DNA of 64,000 bases from a virus. The notes beneath the pieces were generated by a model. That model searched no databases, had not been told where the DNA came from, and worked only from the letters and a program-made list of their open reading frames with translations. The translations under genes and the position numbers were made by a program. This document shows positions 28,124 through 37,400 of the stretch, in pieces. The stretch is taken from IMG/VR virus record IMGVR_UViG_3300045946_000018, positions 1 to 64,000 of that record; one strand, 5' to 3'. Every line of letters starts with the position of its first letter. Position 1 is the first letter of the stretch.

Positions 28124-28325
28124 CGCACAACCGAAGCACAACGTGCGCTGCCTGCCACCAGCTGCTCTCTGTACTACCAGCGCGGTCGTTTTTCTTCCGA
28201 AGGGTGGCGCCTTTTCCCTGCGCGAAGGGAGTGTTTGTCAAGGCACTGCCTCCAGCGAAGCGGCCTTGACAAGCAAACGACCGAAGTGCTATAATCACTA
28301 GCCACCTTGAGGAAAGGAACGAGCT
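28104..28325 (+). repeat. Rod-hairpin element E6 plus palindrome
   Basis: tcgtttttcttcc..agggtggc/gccacctt..ggaaaggaacga; gtttgtcaaggc/gccttgacaagc; TTGACA-18-TATAAT with TGn; palindrome at 28104-28120. Confidence 0.88.
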
Positions 28326-28331
28326 GTAATT

Positions 28332-28541
28332 ATGGCGAACATAGATGACCTATCCATTCCAAGCCTCGAATCTCAAGGCTTGCAATTAATTCTCACCATA
28401 CGTGAGCGTAGACGATTCACGCCTGAGAAAGTACGCGAGAAGAAACTCCCGTCAGAAGCTATGCTCAATAAACTGAGCGATAAACAGCTCGCTGATCTCT
28501 ATTATACTCTAGCAGCCAAGATGCAAAAGGAGTTACTGTGA
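28332..28541 (+). CDS. Hypothetical protein
   Basis: 69 aa, overlaps the next start codon. Confidence 0.65.
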   Translation: MANIDDLSIPSLESQGLQLILTIRERRRFTPEKVREKKLPSEAMLNKLSDKQLADLYYTLAAKMQKELL

Positions 28542-29878
28542 AACTAGGAATCCTGCGCGTTGTTCCGATGTCTCAAATTGAAGTTGATCTAGATGCACGT
28601 GGGCGTCAGGCTTATGGTATTATACCTGAACTTGCAGCGTCCATACAGAAGCATGGACTAATTCACCCCATTGCAGTGTACTCAGCAAATGGTGAGCCAC
28701 CATATAAACTTGTTGCTGGTGGGCGTCGATTTATGGCTTGCACTGCACTGAAATGGGAAGAGATTAGTTGCCGCATATATGACACGCCAATGACTGAGCT
28801 GGAATTGAAGGCAGTTGAATTATTCGAGAATCTTGACCGTATGAATTTGAACTATGATGAAGAAGTGAAGATGAAAGAGAAGCTTCATCTAACACTGGTT
28901 GAAATTCACGGTAGGAAAATAGCAAAGACTGCAGATGCACCTGGACACTCAATACGTGATACGGCACGAACACTTGGTGTTAGTCATGCTACAGTCATAC
29001 AGGATATGAAACTCGCTGAAGCAATGCGCATTCTGCCTGAACTTGAATTGGATAAGGAGAAAAATAAGTCAGCTGCGATGAAAAAGCTGACACGATTTGC
29101 GAATGTTATCAGTAATAAGATGGCTGTGTCTGAAGCTAAGAAAGACGCCGTCCTTTCAGGCAGAATGACAAGCCCGGATGATCCACTCGCAGCCTACATA
29201 GTAGGAGATTTCTTCGAGAATAAACTCGCACCTAATCAGTTCAATTTTATAGAATGCGATCCGCCGTATGGAATTGATCTACCAGAGCAGCGAGCTGATG
29301 GTGAAACTGATTTCAGTTTGCAGCATGATTATAAGGAAATTTCTGGCCCGGATTATTTAATGTTCTTGAATAAGCTGCTCGAAGAATGCTACAAACTAGC
29401 GGCAGAGAATGCCTACATTATCCTCTGGTGCGGCCCGCAGCATTTGAATAGGGCACTGGACGCAATGAAGCGTGCAAAGTTCTCTACTGTTCATATACCT
29501 GGAATCTGGAAGAAAGGTGAAAGTGCTGGTCAGGCAATGGGCATGAGAACGAACCTTGGAAATGCGTATGAGATGTTTGTCTATGGACGTAAAGGTAATG
29601 CAGAGTTACGCAAGCAGGGCCGCTCAAATATATTTGACTTTAATGGAGTGCCATCATCACAGCGTATTCATCCTACAGAAAGACCACGGGCGCTAATGAA
29701 GGAACTCATTGATACCTTCGCTTGGCCCGGGTCAAATATACTAGTTCCATTCGCAGGAAGTGGAGTTACAATAGTCACGGCATTTGAACAGGGACATAAA
29801 GCCGTTGGCTACGATCTCAGTCAGAATTTCTACAATGCGTACGTGAAGCGTTTAGTTGAGGAGGTAACGGCTAAATGA
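28538..29878 (+). CDS. ParB N-terminal domain + HTH + N6/N4 DNA methyltransferase fusion
   Basis: LAASIQKHGLIHPI...LVAGGRRF...ENL.R; HTH SIRDTARTLGVSHATV; DPPY, HPTERP, PFAGSG. Confidence 0.9.
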   Translation: MKLGILRVVPMSQIEVDLDARGRQAYGIIPELAASIQKHGLIHPIAVYSANGEPPYKLVAGGRRFMACTALKWEEISCRIYDTPMTELELKAVELFENLDRMNLNYDEEVKMKEKLHLTLVEIHGRKIAKTADAPGHSIRDTARTLGVSHATVIQDMKLAEAMRILPELELDKEKNKSAAMKKLTRFANVISNKMAVSEAKKDAVLSGRMTSPDDPLAAYIVGDFFENKLAPNQFNFIECDPPYGIDLPEQRADGETDFSLQHDYKEISGPDYLMFLNKLLEECYKLAAENAYIILWCGPQHLNRALDAMKRAKFSTVHIPGIWKKGESAGQAMGMRTNLGNAYEMFVYGRKGNAELRKQGRSNIFDFNGVPSSQRIHPTERPRALMKELIDTFAWPGSNILVPFAGSGVTIVTAFEQGHKAVGYDLSQNFYNAYVKRLVEEVTAK

Positions 29879-30087
29879 TAGATGCTGATAGAACACTTAT
29901 ATTACTTAGACAAATAGAATCTCTAAGTAGAGAAGGCAAATTAGTAATTGCTGGATCACTGATAGATGCACTATATCCGAAGCCTATTCCCGAAATGGAT
30001 TTAGATATAGTATTTGCGTGCAAGCAAAAAGTGCTTAGTTGGATAGCACAACAACTAGGAGATAATGATGCCTTACGTTCCAGCTGA
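29875..30087 (+). CDS. Hypothetical protein with an NTase-like motif
   Basis: GGAGG RBS; IAGS...DLDIV. Confidence 0.5.
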   Translation: MIDADRTLILLRQIESLSREGKLVIAGSLIDALYPKPIPEMDLDIVFACKQKVLSWIAQQLGDNDALRSS

Positions 30088-32551
30088 TGGATCACTCAAC
30101 TCCAAAATAGCTATTGTTGGCGAGCAGCCGGCAAAGTACGAAGCTAGATACAGCAAGCCATTTACTGGCCCCGCCGGTCGTAATCTAAATGAGTGTTTGC
30201 AGAATGCTCGCATACCACGAGGTGGTTGTTATCTGACGAACGTAGTGAAACAAACTGAGTTTGAATTAGAACGCTATTTTAATTTGAAGGGTAAGAATCC
30301 TGCCGCGACGCAGCTAGGAAAGGCGTGTATAGAGGAGCTACGTGATGAGCTTATGGATTGTCGCGCTAACATCATTGTGCCTCTTGGCAATACTGCATTG
30401 TTCGCTCTATGTGATAGAACTGGCATTAATAGTTGGCGTGGAAGTGTGCTTGAGTCTACGCTTTTACCAGGGCGCAAAGTCATTCCTACATTGCATCCAG
30501 CTGTGTATACAGATGAGAAGGTACTACAGAACCCAGCTGCATACCTGGCTAAATATCTAATTACTATAGACCTTAAGAAAGTCCGTAGTGAGTCTGAATT
30601 TCCGGAGATTCGCTTAGCGGACAGAAGATTGAGGATCCAGCCAAACTTCTATGAAGCGCTTACATGGCTGGAGCGTTGTAAGGTACGTGCTGAGGATGGT
30701 GGAATTGTATACTATGATATAGAGTTAACACCAAAGACCCAAGAACTGAGTTGTATTAGCTTCTGCACATCGCCCGATGATGTAATGTGCATACCATTTG
30801 TAGATGCAAACGGAGACTATTTTACTGCTGAGCAAGAATACAAGCTAATGTTGAGCATTGAAGAATTGCTCAGCAATTCCAGCTGGATGAAAGGGGGACA
30901 GAATATTATCTTCGATTCGCACTTTCTATTACGCAAGTATGGTATACGCACTCGTAATATTGTTGCTGACACTATGGTAGCTCAGCATATACTCTACCCA
31001 GATTTCGGAGGTAAAACGTACCGTGGAAAATCACTTGAATTTATTACGTCAATGTGGACGGATATACCTTACTACAAACGTGACGGAAAGTTGTGGCTCA
31101 CTGGCATAGGCGACTACGCCAAGGGCTGGAATTATAACTGCCTAGATAGCGCAGTATGCGCTGATGCGTTTCCTAAACAGCTCACCGAGCTCGAAGAGCG
31201 TGGTAATTACGACTCGTATGAGCGACAAATAAAACTCATTGGACCTCTGAGTTATATGATGGAGCGTGGAATTAAAGTGGATAAAGAAGGAATGGAGCGA
31301 GCGTCCAGAGATGCTTTGTTAGAAGCTGATGAATTAACGCAACAAACGTTCGAGGTTATGGGCAGCTCGGCCTTTAACCTAAATAGCCCGCAGCAAGTAG
31401 CGGAATACTTTTATGGTAAGTGTGGAGTTACACCTTATTTAAATAAGAATGGCAAGCCTACTACAGATGAGGAGGCATTAACACGCATAGCGAATAAGGG
31501 ATTTAAAGAAGCTAGTATGATCCTCGAGATTCGACGTTTACGTAAGAAGGCATCAACATTTCTAAATGTCGAGAACGTTGACGATGATGGTAGGATGCGA
31601 TGTAGCTACAATCCAGTAGGTACACGATTCTCGCGGATTAGTTCGAGTGCAAATATATTCGGTACTGGTGGAAACTTACAAAATGTACCACATGATGTAC
31701 TGAGTTATTACGTCGCAGATTCTGGATACGTAATTTATTCACTTGATATGTCGCAGATTGAGGCGCGCATTGTCGCGTACGTTGGAAACATCACTCAAAT
31801 GAAGGAAGTATATGAACAAGGTCTGGATATACACAGACAAACGGGAGCACTCATTTTTAATAAGCCTTACGATGAAGTCAGTAACGCACCTGGATCGAGT
31901 ACCATTGGTAATGGAACTTACAGTGAGCGCGATTGGGCAAAGCGTGCCAACCATGCTTTCAATTACGGTTTTGGTTACAAGTCTTTCAGCTTGCTATATG
32001 AAATCCCTGAAAAAGAAGCTAAGTTCATTTATGATAGATACCATTCTGCTTATCCAGGACTTAGAGGTGGATACTGGAAGTATGTAGAAGGGTTGCTTAA
32101 GGCAACCCGTACGCTCACTAATCTATTTGGTAGAAGAATTACGTTCCTAGGAAAGCTTGATGATAAATTGCTCAATGAAGCTTACTCGTGTATACCGCAA
32201 GGAACATGTGGAGACCTAGTAAATGAGTGGGGATTGAACTTCGTTTATTATAACTCAGATGCGTTGTTCCAACGCGTGGAGCTGTTAACTCAAGTACATG
32301 ATTCAATTAGTATACAAGTGCCGCTGGATTTGCCACTGATAGATCACGCACGTATCTTGACTGCGATTAAGCGTTCTCTAGAACAGCCGCTGGAGTTCGG
32401 CAGAACCCAGTTTGTCGTGCCTGTTGATCTGGTAGTAAATAGTTGTCTCAACAAGAACAAAGGTATAGAGCTGAAAGGCACGAAGTTTAGTAATGATCCT
32501 CGTGTACTGGAAGTGTATTTACAGGACGCTATTCTAACACTGGGAGTTTAA
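30065..32551 (+). CDS. DNA polymerase family A with N-terminal uracil-DNA-glycosylase-like and 3'-5' exonuclease domains
   Basis: IVGEQP, YLTNVVK, PTLHPA; YDIE, QNIIFD, YNCLD; DMSQIEAR, AKRANHAFNYG, QVHDS. Confidence 0.95.
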   Translation: MMPYVPADGSLNSKIAIVGEQPAKYEARYSKPFTGPAGRNLNECLQNARIPRGGCYLTNVVKQTEFELERYFNLKGKNPAATQLGKACIEELRDELMDCRANIIVPLGNTALFALCDRTGINSWRGSVLESTLLPGRKVIPTLHPAVYTDEKVLQNPAAYLAKYLITIDLKKVRSESEFPEIRLADRRLRIQPNFYEALTWLERCKVRAEDGGIVYYDIELTPKTQELSCISFCTSPDDVMCIPFVDANGDYFTAEQEYKLMLSIEELLSNSSWMKGGQNIIFDSHFLLRKYGIRTRNIVADTMVAQHILYPDFGGKTYRGKSLEFITSMWTDIPYYKRDGKLWLTGIGDYAKGWNYNCLDSAVCADAFPKQLTELEERGNYDSYERQIKLIGPLSYMMERGIKVDKEGMERASRDALLEADELTQQTFEVMGSSAFNLNSPQQVAEYFYGKCGVTPYLNKNGKPTTDEEALTRIANKGFKEASMILEIRRLRKKASTFLNVENVDDDGRMRCSYNPVGTRFSRISSSANIFGTGGNLQNVPHDVLSYYVADSGYVIYSLDMSQIEARIVAYVGNITQMKEVYEQGLDIHRQTGALIFNKPYDEVSNAPGSSTIGNGTYSERDWAKRANHAFNYGFGYKSFSLLYEIPEKEAKFIYDRYHSAYPGLRGGYWKYVEGLLKATRTLTNLFGRRITFLGKLDDKLLNEAYSCIPQGTCGDLVNEWGLNFVYYNSDALFQRVELLTQVHDSISIQVPLDLPLIDHARILTAIKRSLEQPLEFGRTQFVVPVDLVVNSCLNKNKGIELKGTKFSNDPRVLEVYLQDAILTLGV

Positions 32552-32554
32552 GAA

Positions 32555-33040
32555 ATGACAAACAAGGAATTTGCTAGATTCTGTAAATACTTCGTTGTAA
32601 TGACAGACGACGCAGAACAAAGTCATAGAGTATGCTGGTTATGGATAGGTGCTTTAACGGAGGGATATGGATTTCTTAAAGTCAAAGGTAAGAATATAAG
32701 AGCACACCGACTTATGTATGAGCACGTATATGGTGAGATAAAGGAAGATTACGTAATACATCATAAGTGTCACAACAAGCGTTGTGTAAGCCCGTTTCAT
32801 CTAGAAATGGTAACACGCGAACATAACGTTAGTGAAGCCCAAACTAAGACACATTGTAAGCGTGGACATGAGCTATCCGATGATAACGTACATATGTATA
32901 GAGACAAATACGGAAAGTTTAGAAGATACTGCAAGAAATGCGCTTCAAATTCAGCACGTAATAGATATGCGGCTCGTACTTTAGTTGATAAATTAACGGA
33001 TGAAGATATAGCTAAATTGATGAGTCTAAAAGGAGAATAA
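32555..33040 (+). CDS. HNH homing endonuclease
   Basis: CWLWIG, RAHRLMY, HHKCHNKRCVSPFHL, KTHCKRGH. Confidence 0.93.
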   Translation: MTNKEFARFCKYFVVMTDDAEQSHRVCWLWIGALTEGYGFLKVKGKNIRAHRLMYEHVYGEIKEDYVIHHKCHNKRCVSPFHLEMVTREHNVSEAQTKTHCKRGHELSDDNVHMYRDKYGKFRRYCKKCASNSARNRYAARTLVDKLTDEDIAKLMSLKGE

Positions 33041-33042
33041 GA

Positions 33043-34242
33043 ATGGCGAGACACTTGAGTAATTTCCTGGATGCTTATCTCTACTTTACCGAAGAAACTG
33101 AGCCATGCGAGCTTTACCGCAAGTGGGTAGGAGTCAGCATTATTGCTGCAGCATTGCAGCGGAAATGTTACTTGCATTGGGGCTCGCAGATTTGGTATCC
33201 TAATCTGTACATAGTATTAACCGGTCCTCCAGGTGAGCCGCGTAAGGGTACAGCTATGGCTTCTGGCTACAGCATTCTGAGACCGCTCAATCTAAAGCTA
33301 TCTGCAGACCGACTGTCACCTGAGTATTTTATAAAAGAACTCAGTGCCTCACTCACTACAACGCAGCTGGGCAATGGTAAGTTTATAAATCACTGCAGTA
33401 TGACAATCTTCAGCAGTGAGTTGACAGTATTTCTGGGATATAAGAACTCGCAGTTCTTAGCTGATTTAACTGACTTGTATGATTGTAAGGATCCATGGGC
33501 GTACAGGACTAAAAATAGTGGGCACTTTGAAGTAACAGGTGCATGGCTAAATATGTTGGCTGCAACCACACCTGAGCAAATACAAGCAGCATTGCCAATT
33601 GAAGCAATAGGAGGTGGCTTTGCAAGTCGAGTGTTATTTATATTCGCTGATAGGAGAGGTAAAACTGTCCCTATGCCAATAGAGAACGAAGAACTTAAGG
33701 CGAAATTAAGAAGCGATTTAGAAGAGATTTCGTTGTTAGCTGGTCCATTTGTTGCTACAGAAGATTACATACTCACTCGCACTGAGTGGTATTTGAACGA
33801 GTCTCAGGAGAACCAAATAATTCAGGATCCAAGATTCGCTGCGTATTATAGCAGGAAAGCGAGCACTGCAACAAAGCTCAGTATGATACTCTGCGCGTCA
33901 CGTAGCGACGATATGAAGCTGAGAGGTGAGGATTTCGTTAACGCAATCGATATGCTTAATGAAGCTGAGATACAAATGCCACGTGCATTAAGTGGCGTTG
34001 GTAGGAGTGATTATGCTGAGCTGCTTCCAATGGTAATGGAAGAAATACTGAGACATAAAGAGGTGACTATAAGGTATTTGATGAACCGATTTTCGCACGA
34101 TACGACGTACTTCCATTTGATTAAGATGGTAGAAACACTTGAGATTATGGGCGTTTTGAGTTACGCTCCATTAACTAAGAAGATATATGCGAATCCTAAC
34201 TTCGGGAATAGTTCGAGTGGAGAAAGTGCGGTTGTCAATTGA
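33043..34242 (+). CDS. DUF3987-like P-loop NTPase (putative replicative helicase)
   Basis: PNLYIVLTGPPG..RKGT, SELTVFL, GGFASR; follows the polymerase. Confidence 0.7.
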   Translation: MARHLSNFLDAYLYFTEETEPCELYRKWVGVSIIAAALQRKCYLHWGSQIWYPNLYIVLTGPPGEPRKGTAMASGYSILRPLNLKLSADRLSPEYFIKELSASLTTTQLGNGKFINHCSMTIFSSELTVFLGYKNSQFLADLTDLYDCKDPWAYRTKNSGHFEVTGAWLNMLAATTPEQIQAALPIEAIGGGFASRVLFIFADRRGKTVPMPIENEELKAKLRSDLEEISLLAGPFVATEDYILTRTEWYLNESQENQIIQDPRFAAYYSRKASTATKLSMILCASRSDDMKLRGEDFVNAIDMLNEAEIQMPRALSGVGRSDYAELLPMVMEEILRHKEVTIRYLMNRFSHDTTYFHLIKMVETLEIMGVLSYAPLTKKIYANPNFGNSSSGESAVVN

Positions 34243-34451
34243 GGCCGGAAGACTCCGCTGGACCGCTGCTGATTATAGCACTTACGTTGCCTAATGCTGT
34301 CAAGGACCCGCTACGCTGGGGATCCTTGACAGCGGCAACTCCAGTGCAGAGAGTAGACGCGGTCCGGCGGAAAAATCTGCCGGCCTGGAAGTATGGAGAG
34401 TTGCTGGCAGCCGCACTCCCGTTGGTCGTGAGTATGGTTAAAATCTAACCA
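34242..34451 (-). repeat. Rod-hairpin element E7 plus palindrome (at the early/late convergence)
   Basis: aggccgg.aga.tccgctggaccgc/gcggtccggcgga..tct.ccggcct; gctgtcaagga/tccttgacagc; TTGACA-20-TATAAT with TGn (minus strand); palindrome at 34435-34451. Confidence 0.88.
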
Positions 34452-34455
34452 TAAA

Positions 34456-37400
34456 CTATCTTCTCTCACGTCTCTCTGAGCGTTCACGTCTCGCTCCTCT
34501 TGTTGGCTCCTGCGAATACCAGCCCATCAAACTGTCGTAAACATTCTCACCGCGCTTTTGTGCTCTAGTAAACTTACTTATTTGACGGGTGCCAGGTACA
34601 CCTAAAAGTGTAGCTGTTGGTTCCCACCACGGCGGGCTGAGTGGATCATTTCTGTAGGCGCGTGCAGCATCTCGTGCTGTTTCTATTGCAGGCCCGGCTA
34701 TTCCTTTACCGTACCTCATGCCACCTATAATAGGCAGTCTCTCTATTTGTCCTACCGCCAAATCAAGCGCAAGTTGTGGTAGTGAATGTCTAGCCTGCAT
34801 TCCTTTCCGCACATCTTCAACAGGATCAGGTAACGCTGGTTGAATGTGCAGCAGTTTGTACAACTCGTTAATGATCTGGGTGATGATGAGGAATCCAATT
34901 ACGTTGCGCATAAATCTCATATTACTGCGTGGTGCTCCAGGCTCTTCCCAACTGCCAGGACCACTGGCTACTCCACCTGGAGGTATCTGCCCACCACCTC
35001 CACCACCAATCTTACCTTTAGTGAGCACTTCGTCTCGCAGGAAATTGAAGTCACTAATCAAGAACGTCTGGAATTGCGTGACAAGTTTACCTAATGGGTT
35101 ACGCTGTATGCCTGCAAGATCGCCTGGCATCGTACTTCCTTGCGTACGCACCACAAGATCGTCTGCGTAGCGTACAGCATCCTTATGATTGTATCCGACC
35201 TTCGGACTCGTGGCGAACTTGTAGCCGGCGTTCCACGTAACAAGTGCAGCTTCCATATCCAGCAATTCAATCAGCTTGAATCCTGGCCGGCCAACCATTT
35301 GCTGCAGTTCAGCTAAGTTACCTCTGCCTAAGGCACGAAATAATTCTCCTGGTCGTCTACCTACGAATGCACTAGTAACTTCATTGTAGGCATCAATGAA
35401 CTTACGTGAGCTGAGTATCTCACTGTTACGTAATGCGAAATCCTTCTTCTTGCCTAGTGGTAAATCGGCTAACATCTCGAATGCTGATCCTAGTGTCTTT
35501 GGTATACCAAGTGTTTGGCTAGTATTTACCAATGTAGACAGCTGGATTGTACCTGATCTTATAAGCCCAGATAGTGTAGCGTACGCAACGTTCTTGTTGA
35601 CAGTATTTAGTATCATCCGCTGCGTTGCAGTGAATTGCTTGTTTGTACCGGTTGCAATATAGTCAGTCCAGTTACGTAGCTCTTCATACAGGCCTGGTTT
35701 ATTGTCCTTAAGTTGCCACGTCTCTTTACCAGTAACAGGATCAGGTAAGTTAGTTTCAATAAGCTCATGCATCTTCGCAATGAATGGACTCATGTGAATG
35801 TCCTTCAGCGCCGATTGAGCATAAGTATCAAGTATTTTTAGTGCGTTCATTTCGGCCGTGTAGAATGCATGCTTGCGTACAATGTACGGGAAGTTTGTTG
35901 CTCGATGTTTGATGTACTTTGCGTGCACAGAATCGGAAGTATCGCGGGCAAGATCTACTTTAATACCAAGCGCATTCAGCACGTTTATTGTGCGCGCGAA
36001 GGTTTGGTAGTCATCCACTCGTGCAAGTGGCTCACGTCCAGTTGCAGCACGTACTTCATTTACTCGATTATATAAGTAAGCATAAACACCATCAAGATTT
36101 GCCTGCAATCGCCGCTCAGCAGAAGTAAGCGGCTGAGGTGTGACCTTATTATATGTAAGTATTCGTTGCCCGTCTCCACCTTGACGCGCATAACCATTAG
36201 CGCCAATATTCTCTAGTGATTTTGAACTGAAGCCACGACCTAATTCTTCCATATCTGCGTGTAAAGTATTCAGCTCGGCATTCAGGTTCTTTTGTGCAGT
36301 GCGATACGCATAGTAGAGAAATTCTGTACCTGCTGCTTTGTGCTGGCGCAATGGTAGCTTTAAGTTCCACTCACCACCACCCGGCTTAATGTCACGTGCA
36401 TTCTGAATGCCTCGCACCTCACTCTGCCACAAAGGTACGTACGTATTGCCACTTGCAACGCGCTGCTTAACAACTCTATCTCCTGGAATTACGTTCTCAG
36501 GATCGAAGCGCATATTACGCGGATTCGTTGAGTTTGGAGGTTCAGGATTATTGATACCTTCTAGGTACCGCTCAAACATTGCTACATCTTCAGGACGTGC
36601 ACCAAACAGAAATTCTCGTACGTTCTTTCCTGCCTTACGCATATCAGCTTGCAATCGCTGAGCGGCCATACGTGCTTCACGAGACCAGTTACCTCCTATT
36701 GCACCTTCCTCACCAAGCATAGTATTCACATCATTCAGTATATCTATGAACGCCCTACGCTCAGACGTGTCAATGCCAGCTCTTGCTGATTCGCGCATAG
36801 CTTTGTAGTGAGGTATCAAATCAGCCGGCAATTTATCTGTAATATCCACGCCTTGCTCTATAGCACGTAACATTTCTTCTATTTGTTCCGGACCAATAGG
36901 TGATGTTTTACTCTCAACGTATGCACCTGCAGCGTCCTTAGAAATCGGGACAGCTCGTAGATCGTCACCACTGTTAAGACGAGCATCAGTCCTGACAACG
37001 TCCTTAGGAACGAGTTCATAGTTCCTGCCCTTCATTACGTATAAATCAAGGTCATTCTCTGCAGCAACACGAGTTGCTTCACGTATCAGTTCTTGGCCAG
37101 TAAACTCATGTGCACGCTCGATTGGTAGACCAGTAAAATCAGCTTGTGCTTGTAAGGAACGTTTTAATACCTGCCCTAATTCAGGGCTCGTTCTTCCTCG
37201 CTGTATCTCAAGCTCAATATTTGCAAGTGATGTACGGGCGTTCATTCCTCTAGTATCAACGAAAATAGCATCAGGCCTGCCTTCTATAGTACGTACTTGT
37301 ATTGGTGCTGATGATATAAGCTCTGTGTACTTAAAGGGTAATATAGATGCCTTAGCACTGGGTTCTAAATTAGTAACGGATTTTATTTCAGTGAAACCAA

